The position numbers were made by a program, and so were the translations under genes. Below are positions 43,382 through 57,154 of a stretch of 64,000 nt of DNA, piece by piece. Origin of the DNA: Myxococcales bacterium (GTDB taxonomy: Bacteria; Myxococcota_A; UBA9042; JABWCM01; BTVJ01). The notes below the pieces were generated by a model. That model had not been told where the DNA came from. It saw only the letters and a program-made list of their open reading frames with translations, and ran no database searches. The stretch is from contig BTVJ01000002.1 in NCBI GenBank assembly GCA_045863395.1, positions 32,001 through 96,000 on the forward strand. The letters are read 5' to 3'. Each line of letters begins with the position of its first letter. The first letter of the stretch is position 1.

Positions 43382-43986
43382 CGAAGCACCAGGGAATGGG
43401 CGGTCCGCGGGCCAGTGCGGCGCCGATGGGCCACGAAGGAAGCCGCGAGTGGGACGAGCGGCTCGCGCCCGAGCTGGAGATGCTGGCGCTGGCCCTGGAG
43501 CCGGTGATGCCGTCTCCAGAGGTACGCGCACGCGTCCTGCGCGGCGCGGCGGCAACGAGCCGCTTCGACGAATTCTCCGCACGGGTGGCCGCGCTCCTCG
43601 ACCTGGCGGTGGATGCGGCGCGCGCGCTGCTGGCCCGCATCGACGACCCGTCGGTCTGGGAGCCGGGTCCAGCCATGGGAGTGAGCCTCTATCACGTGCA
43701 GGGGGGCGCGGCCGCTGCGGGCGCCATCACGGGGTTCGTCCGGATTCCGGCCGGCGGCTCGTTCCCCCACCACCGCCATCTGGGCGACGAGCACGTCCTG
43801 ATCCTCCAGGGGGCTTGCGACGACGGTGCGCGCGTGTCCCGGCGCGGGGACCTGGTCTCCATGCCCCCCGACACCGAGCACGACCTGCGGGTCCTTCCGG
43901 GCCCACCGCTCGTCTATCTGGCCGTGGTGCACGGGGGGGTGCAGATAGGTGAGCTCGTCCTGCGGCCCGGCGACCCCAGGGCCTGA
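43378..43986 (+). CDS. ChrR-like cupin anti-sigma factor
   Basis: PSPEVRARVL; cupin FPHHRH.G.E..LILQG...P..H; ATGA overlap with the sigma gene. Confidence 0.8.
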   Translation: MTKHQGMGGPRASAAPMGHEGSREWDERLAPELEMLALALEPVMPSPEVRARVLRGAAATSRFDEFSARVAALLDLAVDAARALLARIDDPSVWEPGPAMGVSLYHVQGGAAAAGAITGFVRIPAGGSFPHHRHLGDEHVLILQGACDDGARVSRRGDLVSMPPDTEHDLRVLPGPPLVYLAVVHGGVQIGELVLRPGDPRA

Positions 43987-43991
43987 CGGCC

Positions 43992-44537
43992 TCAGCCCCG
44001 CAGCCCGAGCAGGTAGAACGCGCTGATCACGAGCGTGTGATCGATGCGGCCGGCCCGGATCATCTCTGGAATTGCGGTCAGCGGGGCGGTCACGACCTCG
44101 ATGTGCTCCCCGTCGTCGGGCCTGGGCTCCGCCACTTTGCGGGCGTTGCGGATGAGCCAGGTGGTGCACTCGGTGTCCTGGATGGCCGGGTTCGGCCGGA
44201 CGGCGCCCAGCCGCTCAGGGGCGTCTCCCGCATATCCGGTCTCCTCGAGGAGCTCGCGGGCCGCCGCCGTTCCAGGATCTTCACCCGCGTCCACCATGCC
44301 GCCGACGATCTCCAGGGTGACGCGGTCGACGCCGTGGCGGTACTGCTCCACGAGGACGACGTCCTGCTGCGGTGTGAGGGCGACGACGTTGACCCACGAG
44401 GGCGTGCGCAGCACCTGATACTCCCCGACCAGCCCCGTCCTCGACGAGCGACGCCAGATCCGCTGCACGGCGAACACAGCATACCTGTCGATTGCTCCCT
44501 CCCGCACGGTCTCCCACCTCTCCAGCGTCTTTGCCAT
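43992..44537 (-). CDS. NUDIX hydrolase (ADP-ribose pyrophosphatase-like)
   Basis: Nudix box GGMVDAGEDPGTAAARELLEETGY; QYRH motif; AGGAGG RBS. Confidence 0.92.
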   Translation of the reverse strand: MAKTLERWETVREGAIDRYAVFAVQRIWRRSSRTGLVGEYQVLRTPSWVNVVALTPQQDVVLVEQYRHGVDRVTLEIVGGMVDAGEDPGTAAARELLEETGYAGDAPERLGAVRPNPAIQDTECTTWLIRNARKVAEPRPDDGEHIEVVTAPLTAIPEMIRAGRIDHTLVISAFYLLGLRG

Positions 44538-44684
44538 GGGTCCTCCTGTGCCCGCCACCGTACCCGGAGCCGGGGCGCTCGTCGAGTGCGGCGGAGTCGC
44601 GAGGTCGGTGAGGGCCCCGTGTTGTATTGACTGAGGGCGCGGGGTAGGCTGGTGCTGCGCGGGTCGGGCGCGGAGGATCTCACG

Positions 44685-47600
44685 ATGAAGACATCATGGC
44701 TGCTCGCCGTGTGCGTGGCCGCCTTGGCCATGGGCTGCACCGACCCGGCTGACTCCACATCGGACCTGGGCGCGACCCCTGACGGGTTCGCCGACGTCTC
44801 GGTGGAGGATGGCGCTGCCCCAACGGACACTGCCGGGGACGCGGGCGGGGGGCTCGACGTCCTCCACCGGCAGGATATCGCACCAGACGCCGCGCAGGAC
44901 TCCTGGGAGCCCATCGACATTGGCGGCGACCTGGGGGTGCCAGAGGACGTAGCTCTCGACACGGACGCTCTCCAGGACGCCGGCGCCGATGTGGATGCCG
45001 TCAGCCCTCCAACGGAGCCCACCCTCCCGTACTTTGTCTCCGAGTCGGAGATCCTGTGGTACTGCGCGTCCGAGTCCCAGCCCGACCAGTGCAAGTTCGT
45101 GCTCACACGATTCCAGGACGCCCTCGGCGGAGAGGCACACTGGATGAACCCCACGTTCTACACGCTCCACGACGAGTGGTACTGGTTTCGTTTGCTCAAT
45201 GGTGACGCAATCTCCGGCTATTCCGTGGAGCCCGTCCAGGGATTGGAATTCTCTACCGTTCAAGAGGTGATCGACTGGGCCAAACAACAGACCGTACTCC
45301 CCCTGGGGCTGTCGTGGTACGGAGAGCGGCTGTACTCGTCCAAGTTCTACGCGGACTCCTTCGGCGAGTCGCGCTTCTTCGGCGTCGGCTCCCTGCTCCA
45401 CTTCGACGCGAACCCTGAGCGGGTGCTCCCCGAGGAGCTGTGGCTGTTCGATCTGGAGTTCGTCGACAAGCTGACAGAGAAGCAGCTCGCCGCCTTCTTC
45501 GGCCGTCTCTCCGAGGTCCTCCCGCCGTCCGTCGCGTCTCAGCTCAAGTGGCTGGTGCGGTCCTCGGGGCAGGAGATCCTCGCGCAGTCCATCGAGGCGG
45601 CGGGCGGTCCGCTTGCCGGGCGCATCGTGCGCTATGAGCAGCTCGTCGTGAAGGGAGACGAGGTCGGCTACAACCCCGGGATCACCGCCGGGACCGTCCG
45701 AGTGGTGCCCAAGGGGGCAGGTGGCGGCTCCTATTCGGCTAGCGAGATAGTCGTCCTGTCGGAGGTGCCCGACTATCTCCCGCCGGTGGCGGGCATCGTG
45801 ACGGCAGTCCCACAGACGCCGCTCGCGCACCTCAACCTGCTGGCAAAGAGCCGCGGGACGCCCAACGCCTATGTCGCCGGCATCGAGTCGCACCCGGGGG
45901 TGCTGGAGTGGGACAAGTGGGACGCGCCCGTCATCTTGAAGGTCATGGACGACGGCGTCCTCTGGCACCCGATCACGAAGCCCGAGTACGACACGTGGAA
46001 GTCAATGAAGGTGCAGAAGACCTTCGAGATCCCGCCCATCGATCTGACGAATGCGCCTCTGACCGTCGATCTGGGGCAGGGCGGCGTCGGGGCCGTCGAG
46101 GGGCTGGTCCCGCTGTGTGGCGGAAAGGCCTCGGGGGTGCTGGCCTTCAACGACCTCCCCGACCTGGATCGCCCGGACCTCCCCCTCTGTCTGACCATCC
46201 GCGCGTACGCGGAGCACATGGAGTCGCTGGAGCCGACCATCCAGGCGGTCCTGGAGGACCCGGAGTTCGCCACGGACGCTCTCGTCCGGTTCGTCGTGCT
46301 CGAGGGCCCAAAGGAGTTCCTGGCCCAGCACCCGGGCGTTCAGAGCGCCGCGTGGCTCGCGTCGTTCAAGGCGAGCCACGACGGGACCACTCTGCTCGGC
46401 TCGGTCCTCGCCAAGGAGGGGGTCAAGGGGCTGGTCCGGTCAAAGGTGATCAAGCCCTCGACGCTTCAGGCCATCACCGCAACTCTGCAGGCGCGCTACG
46501 CGACCTTTGCTGATTCGCAGGGGCTGCGGTTCCGCTCCTCGTCCACCGCGGAGGACGTCCCGGGCTTCAATGGGGCCGGCCTCTACGACTCGAACACGGG
46601 CTACCTGAAGCCGCTCCTTCAGACCGACCCCGACGAGAAGAAGAAGTCCATCCAGTGGGCAATCTTGAAGACGTGGGCCTCGTACTGGACCTATGAGGCC
46701 TTCGAGGAGCGCCAGGCGGCTGGCATCGAGCACCTGAGCGGAGACATGGGCCTCTTGATCCACGCCCGGTTCGACGACGACCTGGAGGTCTCGAACGGGG
46801 TGATAACGACCTACCTCGCCCGGGGCCAATATGGCGACACGTTCCGCATGGTGGTCAACGTGCAGAAGGGCGCCCTCAGCGTGACCAACCCCGAGCCGGG
46901 CAACCCCGCGAAGCCCGAGATCGACGTGGTGGAGGACTGGGGAAGCGGCCCCAAGATCACGCGAGTGCAGGCGTCCACGGAGGCTGAGCCCGGCGAGCTG
47001 CTGCTGGACGACGGGCGCCTCCTGTGGATGTTCGGGCACATGCGTGTCCTGACCGCGCTGTGGCTCGACACGGCCAACGGCTCACTGCCGGAAGCCCAGC
47101 AGAGCCTCTCACAGGTCCTGGATCTGGAGTTCAGACACATGGCGCCGGGGTGGCCTGCGCTGGCGTCGGGACAGGTCCACCCGGAGCGCTTCGTGTTCAA
47201 GCAGGTCCGCACCCTCGACGAGACGCAGCCGGTTCCTCCGGCCATCGAGGTGCTCCCCGTGCCCGGAGACGTCATCGGAAAGTCGATGAAGGTGCAGCGC
47301 CGAACCTGTACGACGGCCTGGTTCACGCTGGAGACCGTGGAGGTCTATACGGACCCAGCCAAATCCTGGGCCTTCGACTACAGCAAGGAGCCCTTCAACG
47401 GGTACGTGAAGTGGACCCTGACCAAGCCGATCCCCGGCTTCACGACTCCCGTCGGTGTGCCGCTGACGCTCCTCCACACGGACTTTGCGCTCCAGGCTCA
47501 CCCCTTCATGCACCACGGCCCGTGGGATCTCTATCTGGAGCTGAAGCCCTCGGCCGCCTCCACCGTGGGCTTCGACACCTTCACCATGTACGTGTGGGGC

Positions 47601-47711
47601 GACTGGACCGTGACCGCGGGCTCGGCGTACTTCGGAGACGCCCAGGGCTCGTGCGCGGTCAAGGACCTCCTGATCAGCCCGGCGGCATACCTCGAGTCGC
47701 TCTTGCCATAG
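44685..47711 (+). CDS. Lipoprotein with PEP-synthase/PPDK-like phospho-His and ATP-binding domains
   Basis: LAMGC lipobox; PQTPLAHLNLLAKSRGTPN; GGKASG; FRSSSTAEDVPGFNGAGLYDS; GGAGG RBS. Confidence 0.8.
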   Translation: MKTSWLLAVCVAALAMGCTDPADSTSDLGATPDGFADVSVEDGAAPTDTAGDAGGGLDVLHRQDIAPDAAQDSWEPIDIGGDLGVPEDVALDTDALQDAGADVDAVSPPTEPTLPYFVSESEILWYCASESQPDQCKFVLTRFQDALGGEAHWMNPTFYTLHDEWYWFRLLNGDAISGYSVEPVQGLEFSTVQEVIDWAKQQTVLPLGLSWYGERLYSSKFYADSFGESRFFGVGSLLHFDANPERVLPEELWLFDLEFVDKLTEKQLAAFFGRLSEVLPPSVASQLKWLVRSSGQEILAQSIEAAGGPLAGRIVRYEQLVVKGDEVGYNPGITAGTVRVVPKGAGGGSYSASEIVVLSEVPDYLPPVAGIVTAVPQTPLAHLNLLAKSRGTPNAYVAGIESHPGVLEWDKWDAPVILKVMDDGVLWHPITKPEYDTWKSMKVQKTFEIPPIDLTNAPLTVDLGQGGVGAVEGLVPLCGGKASGVLAFNDLPDLDRPDLPLCLTIRAYAEHMESLEPTIQAVLEDPEFATDALVRFVVLEGPKEFLAQHPGVQSAAWLASFKASHDGTTLLGSVLAKEGVKGLVRSKVIKPSTLQAITATLQARYATFADSQGLRFRSSSTAEDVPGFNGAGLYDSNTGYLKPLLQTDPDEKKKSIQWAILKTWASYWTYEAFEERQAAGIEHLSGDMGLLIHARFDDDLEVSNGVITTYLARGQYGDTFRMVVNVQKGALSVTNPEPGNPAKPEIDVVEDWGSGPKITRVQASTEAEPGELLLDDGRLLWMFGHMRVLTALWLDTANGSLPEAQQSLSQVLDLEFRHMAPGWPALASGQVHPERFVFKQVRTLDETQPVPPAIEVLPVPGDVIGKSMKVQRRTCTTAWFTLETVEVYTDPAKSWAFDYSKEPFNGYVKWTLTKPIPGFTTPVGVPLTLLHTDFALQAHPFMHHGPWDLYLELKPSAASTVGFDTFTMYVWGDWTVTAGSAYFGDAQGSCAVKDLLISPAAYLESLLP

Positions 47712-47859
47712 TCCAGTCAGCCCTCCCATGGGGCCCGCCCCGCGCAGGTGGCCGAGATCTGGGCCGATCGCATGTGTTGCCACTTCGCTTCCAGCGCCAT
47801 GTTTCGACGCCTCATACGCTGCTGCACCCCGGTATTTGACAAGGTTCGGGAGATTCATG

Positions 47860-47889
47860 TTGACAGGGGACAGAGACAGGGGTTAGTTT
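47860..47889 (+). promoter_or_regulatory. Probable sigma70 promoter
   Basis: TTGACA-18 nt-TAGTTT in an AT-richer island; a second TTGACA at 47836-47841. Confidence 0.6.
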
Positions 47890-47976
47890 CGTTCTCCAGT
47901 GAGACCCGATGACCGGTCGGACTCCCGGGAATCGGGACTGCCGATGTAGCTGACCAGAAACAAAGGATGTGACAAC

Positions 47977-48666
47977 ATGAGACTTTCGCTGGACCTGAAG
48001 GGTCCCGAGCTGGAGGTCGCGCTCAAGTCGAACGCGATTCAGCTCCGCAATGGGACCAACTCCGTGGAGATCAAGGTCTCCGAGCTGTCGTCGCTGATTC
48101 GCCAGCTCGAGCTGGTGACGCAGCTCATCAGCATCTCGGGCGGGTACGAGGCGCCGAAGGCCGAGGCTGCCGCTCCCGCTCCCGCGGCGGCCCCCGCCGC
48201 GGCTCCGCCCGCCCCCGTGAAGGCGGCTCCCCAGGCACCTCCGGCCAAGGCCGAGGCGCCCAAGGCTGCGCCTGCCAAGGCCGTTGCGGCGCCTGCCCCG
48301 GTGAAGGCCGCGCCTGCCAAGGTCGCCCCTGCCAAGGCCGCCGCGCCTGCTCCGGCGAAGGCCGCCGCGCCCGCCCCCTCGAAGGCCGCCGCTCCGGCGA
48401 AGGCCGCTCCGGCGAAGGCCGCTCCCGCCCCGGCGAAGGCCGCTCCCGCCGCCAAGCCCAAGGGACCGGAGACTCCGCTCCGCGAGCACTTCGAGAGGTT
48501 CATCAAGCAGCGCGGCTCCGCCAGCACCGACGAGCTGATCGAGTTCGTCCGCAAGAACAAGCTGTCCGAGAAGCCCAACCTGAAGCTGGCGGTGACCATC
48601 GCCATCGGGCGTGAGGCGCGCCGGTTCCAGAAGGACGACAACGGCCGCTGGATTCTGCGGGACTGA
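47977..48666 (+). CDS. Putative DNA-binding protein: N-terminal beta/alpha domain, histone-H1-like PAKAA linker and C-terminal winged helix (HARE-HTH-like)
   Basis: AAGGA RBS; many PAKA(A) repeats; C-terminal helices ending in RFQKDDNGRWILRD. Confidence 0.72.
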   Translation: MRLSLDLKGPELEVALKSNAIQLRNGTNSVEIKVSELSSLIRQLELVTQLISISGGYEAPKAEAAAPAPAAAPAAAPPAPVKAAPQAPPAKAEAPKAAPAKAVAAPAPVKAAPAKVAPAKAAAPAPAKAAAPAPSKAAAPAKAAPAKAAPAPAKAAPAAKPKGPETPLREHFERFIKQRGSASTDELIEFVRKNKLSEKPNLKLAVTIAIGREARRFQKDDNGRWILRD

Positions 48667-48688
48667 GGTTCGCTCAGATACGATCTCG

Positions 48689-48736
48689 CGGATCACCGCT
48701 TCGCGGCTCTGCCCCGTGTCGCGAAGCGGTGATCCG
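48689..48736. terminator. Strong hairpin between convergent genes, probable terminator
   Basis: Perfect 17-bp inverted repeat CGGATCACCGCTTCGCG / CGCGAAGCGGTGATCCG, followed by a pyrimidine-rich run (no poly-T). Confidence 0.6.
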
Positions 48737-48884
48737 ATCTCCCCTCTCTCGCCCCTACGACAGACTCGACTCATCGTCGAGAAACTCCCCGCTGTCTCGC
48801 GCAGCAGTCCTGGCAGGCGCTGGCAAGGTCCCCCGCCGCGACCGGGCCCACGCGCTTGCGGCGGGGCACCTCGGCGATGTGCTC

Positions 48885-50567
48885 TCAGGGCGCTCGTGTG
48901 GGCTCTGCGTCGCCCAGGGCGTGCCAGAGAGTGAATGCGCCCCAGGTGCCAACCTGACGCAGGGGAGGCATCCCCGGGAGCACCTCGGGGAGTCTGGCTG
49001 GCTCCTGCGTAAGCACCCACCCGGTCGCGCAGCGGCCCTCGGGGGCCTGTACCCCAGGGAATGTCCGCAGCGGCGGGGTGGGGCGCCCGTCGGTCTTCAG
49101 CGCGTACCCGCTCTCCGTGGGGTAGGGTGGGGCGGCGCAGAGGGCCTCTCTGCTGGGCGCCGTGTCGCCCTCGTCGATGCGCAGCGTCGGCCGGTCGCAC
49201 CATACGGAGGGGTAGATCAGATCGTGGCGGCCCACCACGAGGACGCTGCGCGGGTCGCCGGAGCTGCGCACCACGGCGCACGCCACGGAGAGGTCGCGCC
49301 AGTCTCCGAGGTAGAAGCTCTCTGGAGTCGGGCTGAGCAAGGCGATGAGGCTCCCGTGAGTGTGGCCGTTGCCCCGCACCAGGAGGAGCCCGTTGCTCGT
49401 CGCGCTGAGGAGCACCCAGACCGCGCCTGCCACGATGGCCAGGCGGTCGCAGACCCTCGGGTGAGCCGGCAGCGCGCGGTAGAGCACTGCCCTGCCGCCG
49501 AGCAGCAGATCGCTCAGCAGAAATGGGGCGATGGGAAGGAGATAGCGCCCGTGCTTCCACTCGAGCCCGAGGAGGACGACCAGGGTCGCAAGCACGTAGC
49601 AGTCGCTGAGCTGAACCCCCCGGGCGCGGATGCGGATGACGGCTCCGAGGACCATGACGCTGCCAGCGACCAGACCGGTGAGCGCAGGAAAGGCTCGTGG
49701 CAGGTCCAGGACCGCCGCGATGCGGCTGGCGCGAAAGAGGAGGTCTCCCAGGGCGGCGGTCAGACCGAAGAAGTCCGACGGCATGAACGTCGTCTGGCGC
49801 GCGGAGTAGAACACCCAGCTCAACCCGGCGGACGTGTCTGCCGCCACGGACAACCGCCACGCGATGGTCATGGCGCCGCCCAGCGCGCCCACCAGCACCG
49901 CTGGGAGTGCGGCGCGGACCCGACCCGACAGGGGCAGCCCGCGGCCGGCGAGCAGCCCCTGGGCGACGACGGCCGCGCCCAGCGTGACGCCGACGAAGCG
50001 GGTCAGGGTCGCGGCCCCGAGCAGCAGCCCGCCGAGCACCGCCCAGCGCCAGCGGTGCGGAGAGGCGCCCATGCGGTGGAGGACGAGCAGGAGCCCCAGA
50101 GAGCACGCGGTGAAGGGCCACTCGGACATCACGCGGATGCCCAGCAGGAACGCCGTCGCGAGCATGGCGACCGCGAGGGTCACGAGGCGCGCGTGGGGGC
50201 GGCTCTCCTGGGCCAGGAGGTGAATGGACGCCCACAGAGAGAGGATGACGGTCCCGAGGATGACCAGCTTCGCGGCCACCACGCCGTCGAACCCCAGGGC
50301 AATGGGGATGGCGAGGAGGGTCGAGAGGCCCGGCGGCCAGTCTGCGATGCGGAAGCCGCCGAAGGTGAACGCCCCGTGCTCAGCGATGGAGCGCGCCCCC
50401 ACGAGGTACATGACGTTGTCGTAGGTGTCCGGCAGCAGATACGGGTTGAGGGCCAGGCCGTAGAGCGCGCAGGACGCGAGGAGCGTCAGCGCCGTGAAGG
50501 TGCGCCTGGACAGCTCGGGGAAGAGGACGATGGGCGTGGCCGCGTCGCTGGGACGGACGCGGATCAT
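48885..50567 (-). CDS. GT-C-like (ArnT/PMT-type) membrane glycosyltransferase
   Basis: D..MYL.GARSIA, WPPG, MSEWPF, LTRFVG and RYLLP; ATG 50567 overlaps the upstream stop (ATGA). Confidence 0.75.
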   Translation of the reverse strand: MIRVRPSDAATPIVLFPELSRRTFTALTLLASCALYGLALNPYLLPDTYDNVMYLVGARSIAEHGAFTFGGFRIADWPPGLSTLLAIPIALGFDGVVAAKLVILGTVILSLWASIHLLAQESRPHARLVTLAVAMLATAFLLGIRVMSEWPFTACSLGLLLVLHRMGASPHRWRWAVLGGLLLGAATLTRFVGVTLGAAVVAQGLLAGRGLPLSGRVRAALPAVLVGALGGAMTIAWRLSVAADTSAGLSWVFYSARQTTFMPSDFFGLTAALGDLLFRASRIAAVLDLPRAFPALTGLVAGSVMVLGAVIRIRARGVQLSDCYVLATLVVLLGLEWKHGRYLLPIAPFLLSDLLLGGRAVLYRALPAHPRVCDRLAIVAGAVWVLLSATSNGLLLVRGNGHTHGSLIALLSPTPESFYLGDWRDLSVACAVVRSSGDPRSVLVVGRHDLIYPSVWCDRPTLRIDEGDTAPSREALCAAPPYPTESGYALKTDGRPTPPLRTFPGVQAPEGRCATGWVLTQEPARLPEVLPGMPPLRQVGTWGAFTLWHALGDAEPTRAP

Positions 50568-51922
50568 TGGCCACTCCCGAGGCGCTCCCGGATGGCGCCG
50601 ACGGACCGCCCGATGCCGCGGGCCATCTCGGGCCAGGTCACTGCCTCCTCCTGGGAGATCACCCGGAGCGAGTAGGGGACGGTCAGCGCCAGGTTGAACG
50701 CGACCAGGGCGCCGAGGGCCGGGATCCAGGCGCGACGGAGCCGCCGGCCCGACGCCTGAAGGAGCACGGCCAGCCCGAGGGCGAACAGCGGCGTGCACTC
50801 GGTCAGGTAGCGCATGCCGAAGGCGGCTGCTCCAGACCAGTTGATCTCGCCGAGGGTGCCGATGAGCCACACGTGCGCCAGGATGGTGGCCACGGCCGCA
50901 GCGGCCCAGGTCTGGCGCTGCACCGCCGCGGCGAGCAGCCCCCCGAAGCCGATGGCGAGCACGGGGGCCCAGTAGAAGGCGCCGTGCTTGGGTGAGAAGA
51001 GCACATGGAGGATGTACGGCGACGTGAAGTCGAAGACGTTGCCTGCGATGGAGCCTGGCTCCTCCGACAGGTGGGTTGCGCCCGTGAACAGCCCGTGGTT
51101 GACGATGAGGTGGATCACCTGCAGCGAGAGGACCGCCGCCCCACCGGCAGCGGCCATGGCGGCGCCCTTGATGGCGGGTCGCGCACCTTCGGCTCGCCCG
51201 CGGTGGATGACCAGGGCGAGGAGCAGCACGCCAAACATCACGTTCTGGTAGCGCATGGCCACGAGCAGCCCGAGAAGTCCCCCGAGGAGGGCCCACCGTG
51301 GTCTCTCTCGCCACCCTTGCTGCCACAGCAGGGTCCAGCCGGCCATGAGCCCGAAGGACGCGGAGTGCACCATGGTCGGGTGGAAGAAGGTGTAGAAGAC
51401 CAGCGGGCCGCCCAGCGCCACAGCGAGGGCGGCGATGGTCGCCGGGTCCCGGTCGGCGACGCCGCGGCATGCGCGGATGGTCCACCACACGCCAAGGCAG
51501 GCGAGCAGCACGCACCCGAGGGCATAGAACGTGATGGGGATGACGCCGAAGGTGTCCGGGGCGCGACCCGACACGGTGGCCGCGCCAAGCTCCACCAGCC
51601 AGCCGACCGTGTAGAAAGGGGCCATCACGAACGCGATGCCGACGGGCCACGGCAGCTCCACCCGACCCGTCGAGGGGTTGACGGCCACGTAGCGGTCGAT
51701 GGCCTCCGTGGCGTCCTCGTCGAAGCGCCGGATCTGGTCAATCTCTGCGGTGACGTCCGTGTCCAGGTCCACGACCAGGGACCGGGTGTACATGAAGTAG
51801 GCCATGCCATCCTGCTTCAGGATGGACCGGGAGCGGGAGAAGCGAGACGTGGCGGAGAACGCGGTCAGAGCGACCCCGAGCACGAGGAGCGCGAGCAGCG
51901 CGACGCCGACTCTGCGCGTCAT
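50564..51922 (-). CDS. GT-C-like membrane glycosyltransferase
   Basis: DGMAYFMYTRSLVVD.D, WPVG, LFSPKHGAFYWAP and GAAAFGMRY; multi-TM. Confidence 0.72.
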   Translation of the reverse strand: MTRRVGVALLALLVLGVALTAFSATSRFSRSRSILKQDGMAYFMYTRSLVVDLDTDVTAEIDQIRRFDEDATEAIDRYVAVNPSTGRVELPWPVGIAFVMAPFYTVGWLVELGAATVSGRAPDTFGVIPITFYALGCVLLACLGVWWTIRACRGVADRDPATIAALAVALGGPLVFYTFFHPTMVHSASFGLMAGWTLLWQQGWRERPRWALLGGLLGLLVAMRYQNVMFGVLLLALVIHRGRAEGARPAIKGAAMAAAGGAAVLSLQVIHLIVNHGLFTGATHLSEEPGSIAGNVFDFTSPYILHVLFSPKHGAFYWAPVLAIGFGGLLAAAVQRQTWAAAAVATILAHVWLIGTLGEINWSGAAAFGMRYLTECTPLFALGLAVLLQASGRRLRRAWIPALGALVAFNLALTVPYSLRVISQEEAVTWPEMARGIGRSVGAIRERLGSGQ

Positions 51923-52031
51923 GGGGAGGTGTTGCCGAGTGAAGGGGTGGTCGCCATGCCGCGATTAGACCCGGTCGCGCCGCCGCTGGCAAGCCGTTGA
52001 CCGCGGGTTCACGCGTCGCCATGATCTCGCC

Positions 52032-56897
<4,866 letters not shown>

Positions 56898-56985
56898 GGA
56901 CGTCAGCGATCAGCGGCCTCTCTGTCGTGGTGTCGTCGGAGCGCTGACGACCGGACCCTGACCCCTGATGGTCGAACCCTGCCTG

Positions 56986-57154
56986 CTAGTAGGGCGTCGC
57001 CGAAGTAATGATGCAACCGGGAGGGCCGATCCATCCCCGCCAGGCGCCCGGCCCAAGCTTGAAATACCATGAGTATTCCGGCGCTTGGGCCGAACGCCTG
57101 GCGGGGCGCCTCGACCCTCCGGATTGCATCATTACTTATGCGACGCCCTACTAG
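56986..57154. repeat. 169-bp imperfect fold-back inverted repeat bounded by CTAG (MITE-like or structured RNA)
   Basis: Two 82-nt arms (56986-57067 and 57073-57154) with a CATGA loop; the outer 15 bp pair perfectly. Confidence 0.85.

Noticed and set aside
48885..51650. 921-aa ORF suggesting a fusion or frameshift
   Set aside because: Its first ~360 codons are an alternative frame of the 50564-51922 gene; the likely real start is ATG 50567 with an ATGA overlap.
56986..57154. 6S RNA as the identity of the long hairpin
   Set aside because: The size fits, but there is no large central bubble and the neighbours are not typical; it cannot be fully excluded without an Infernal search.
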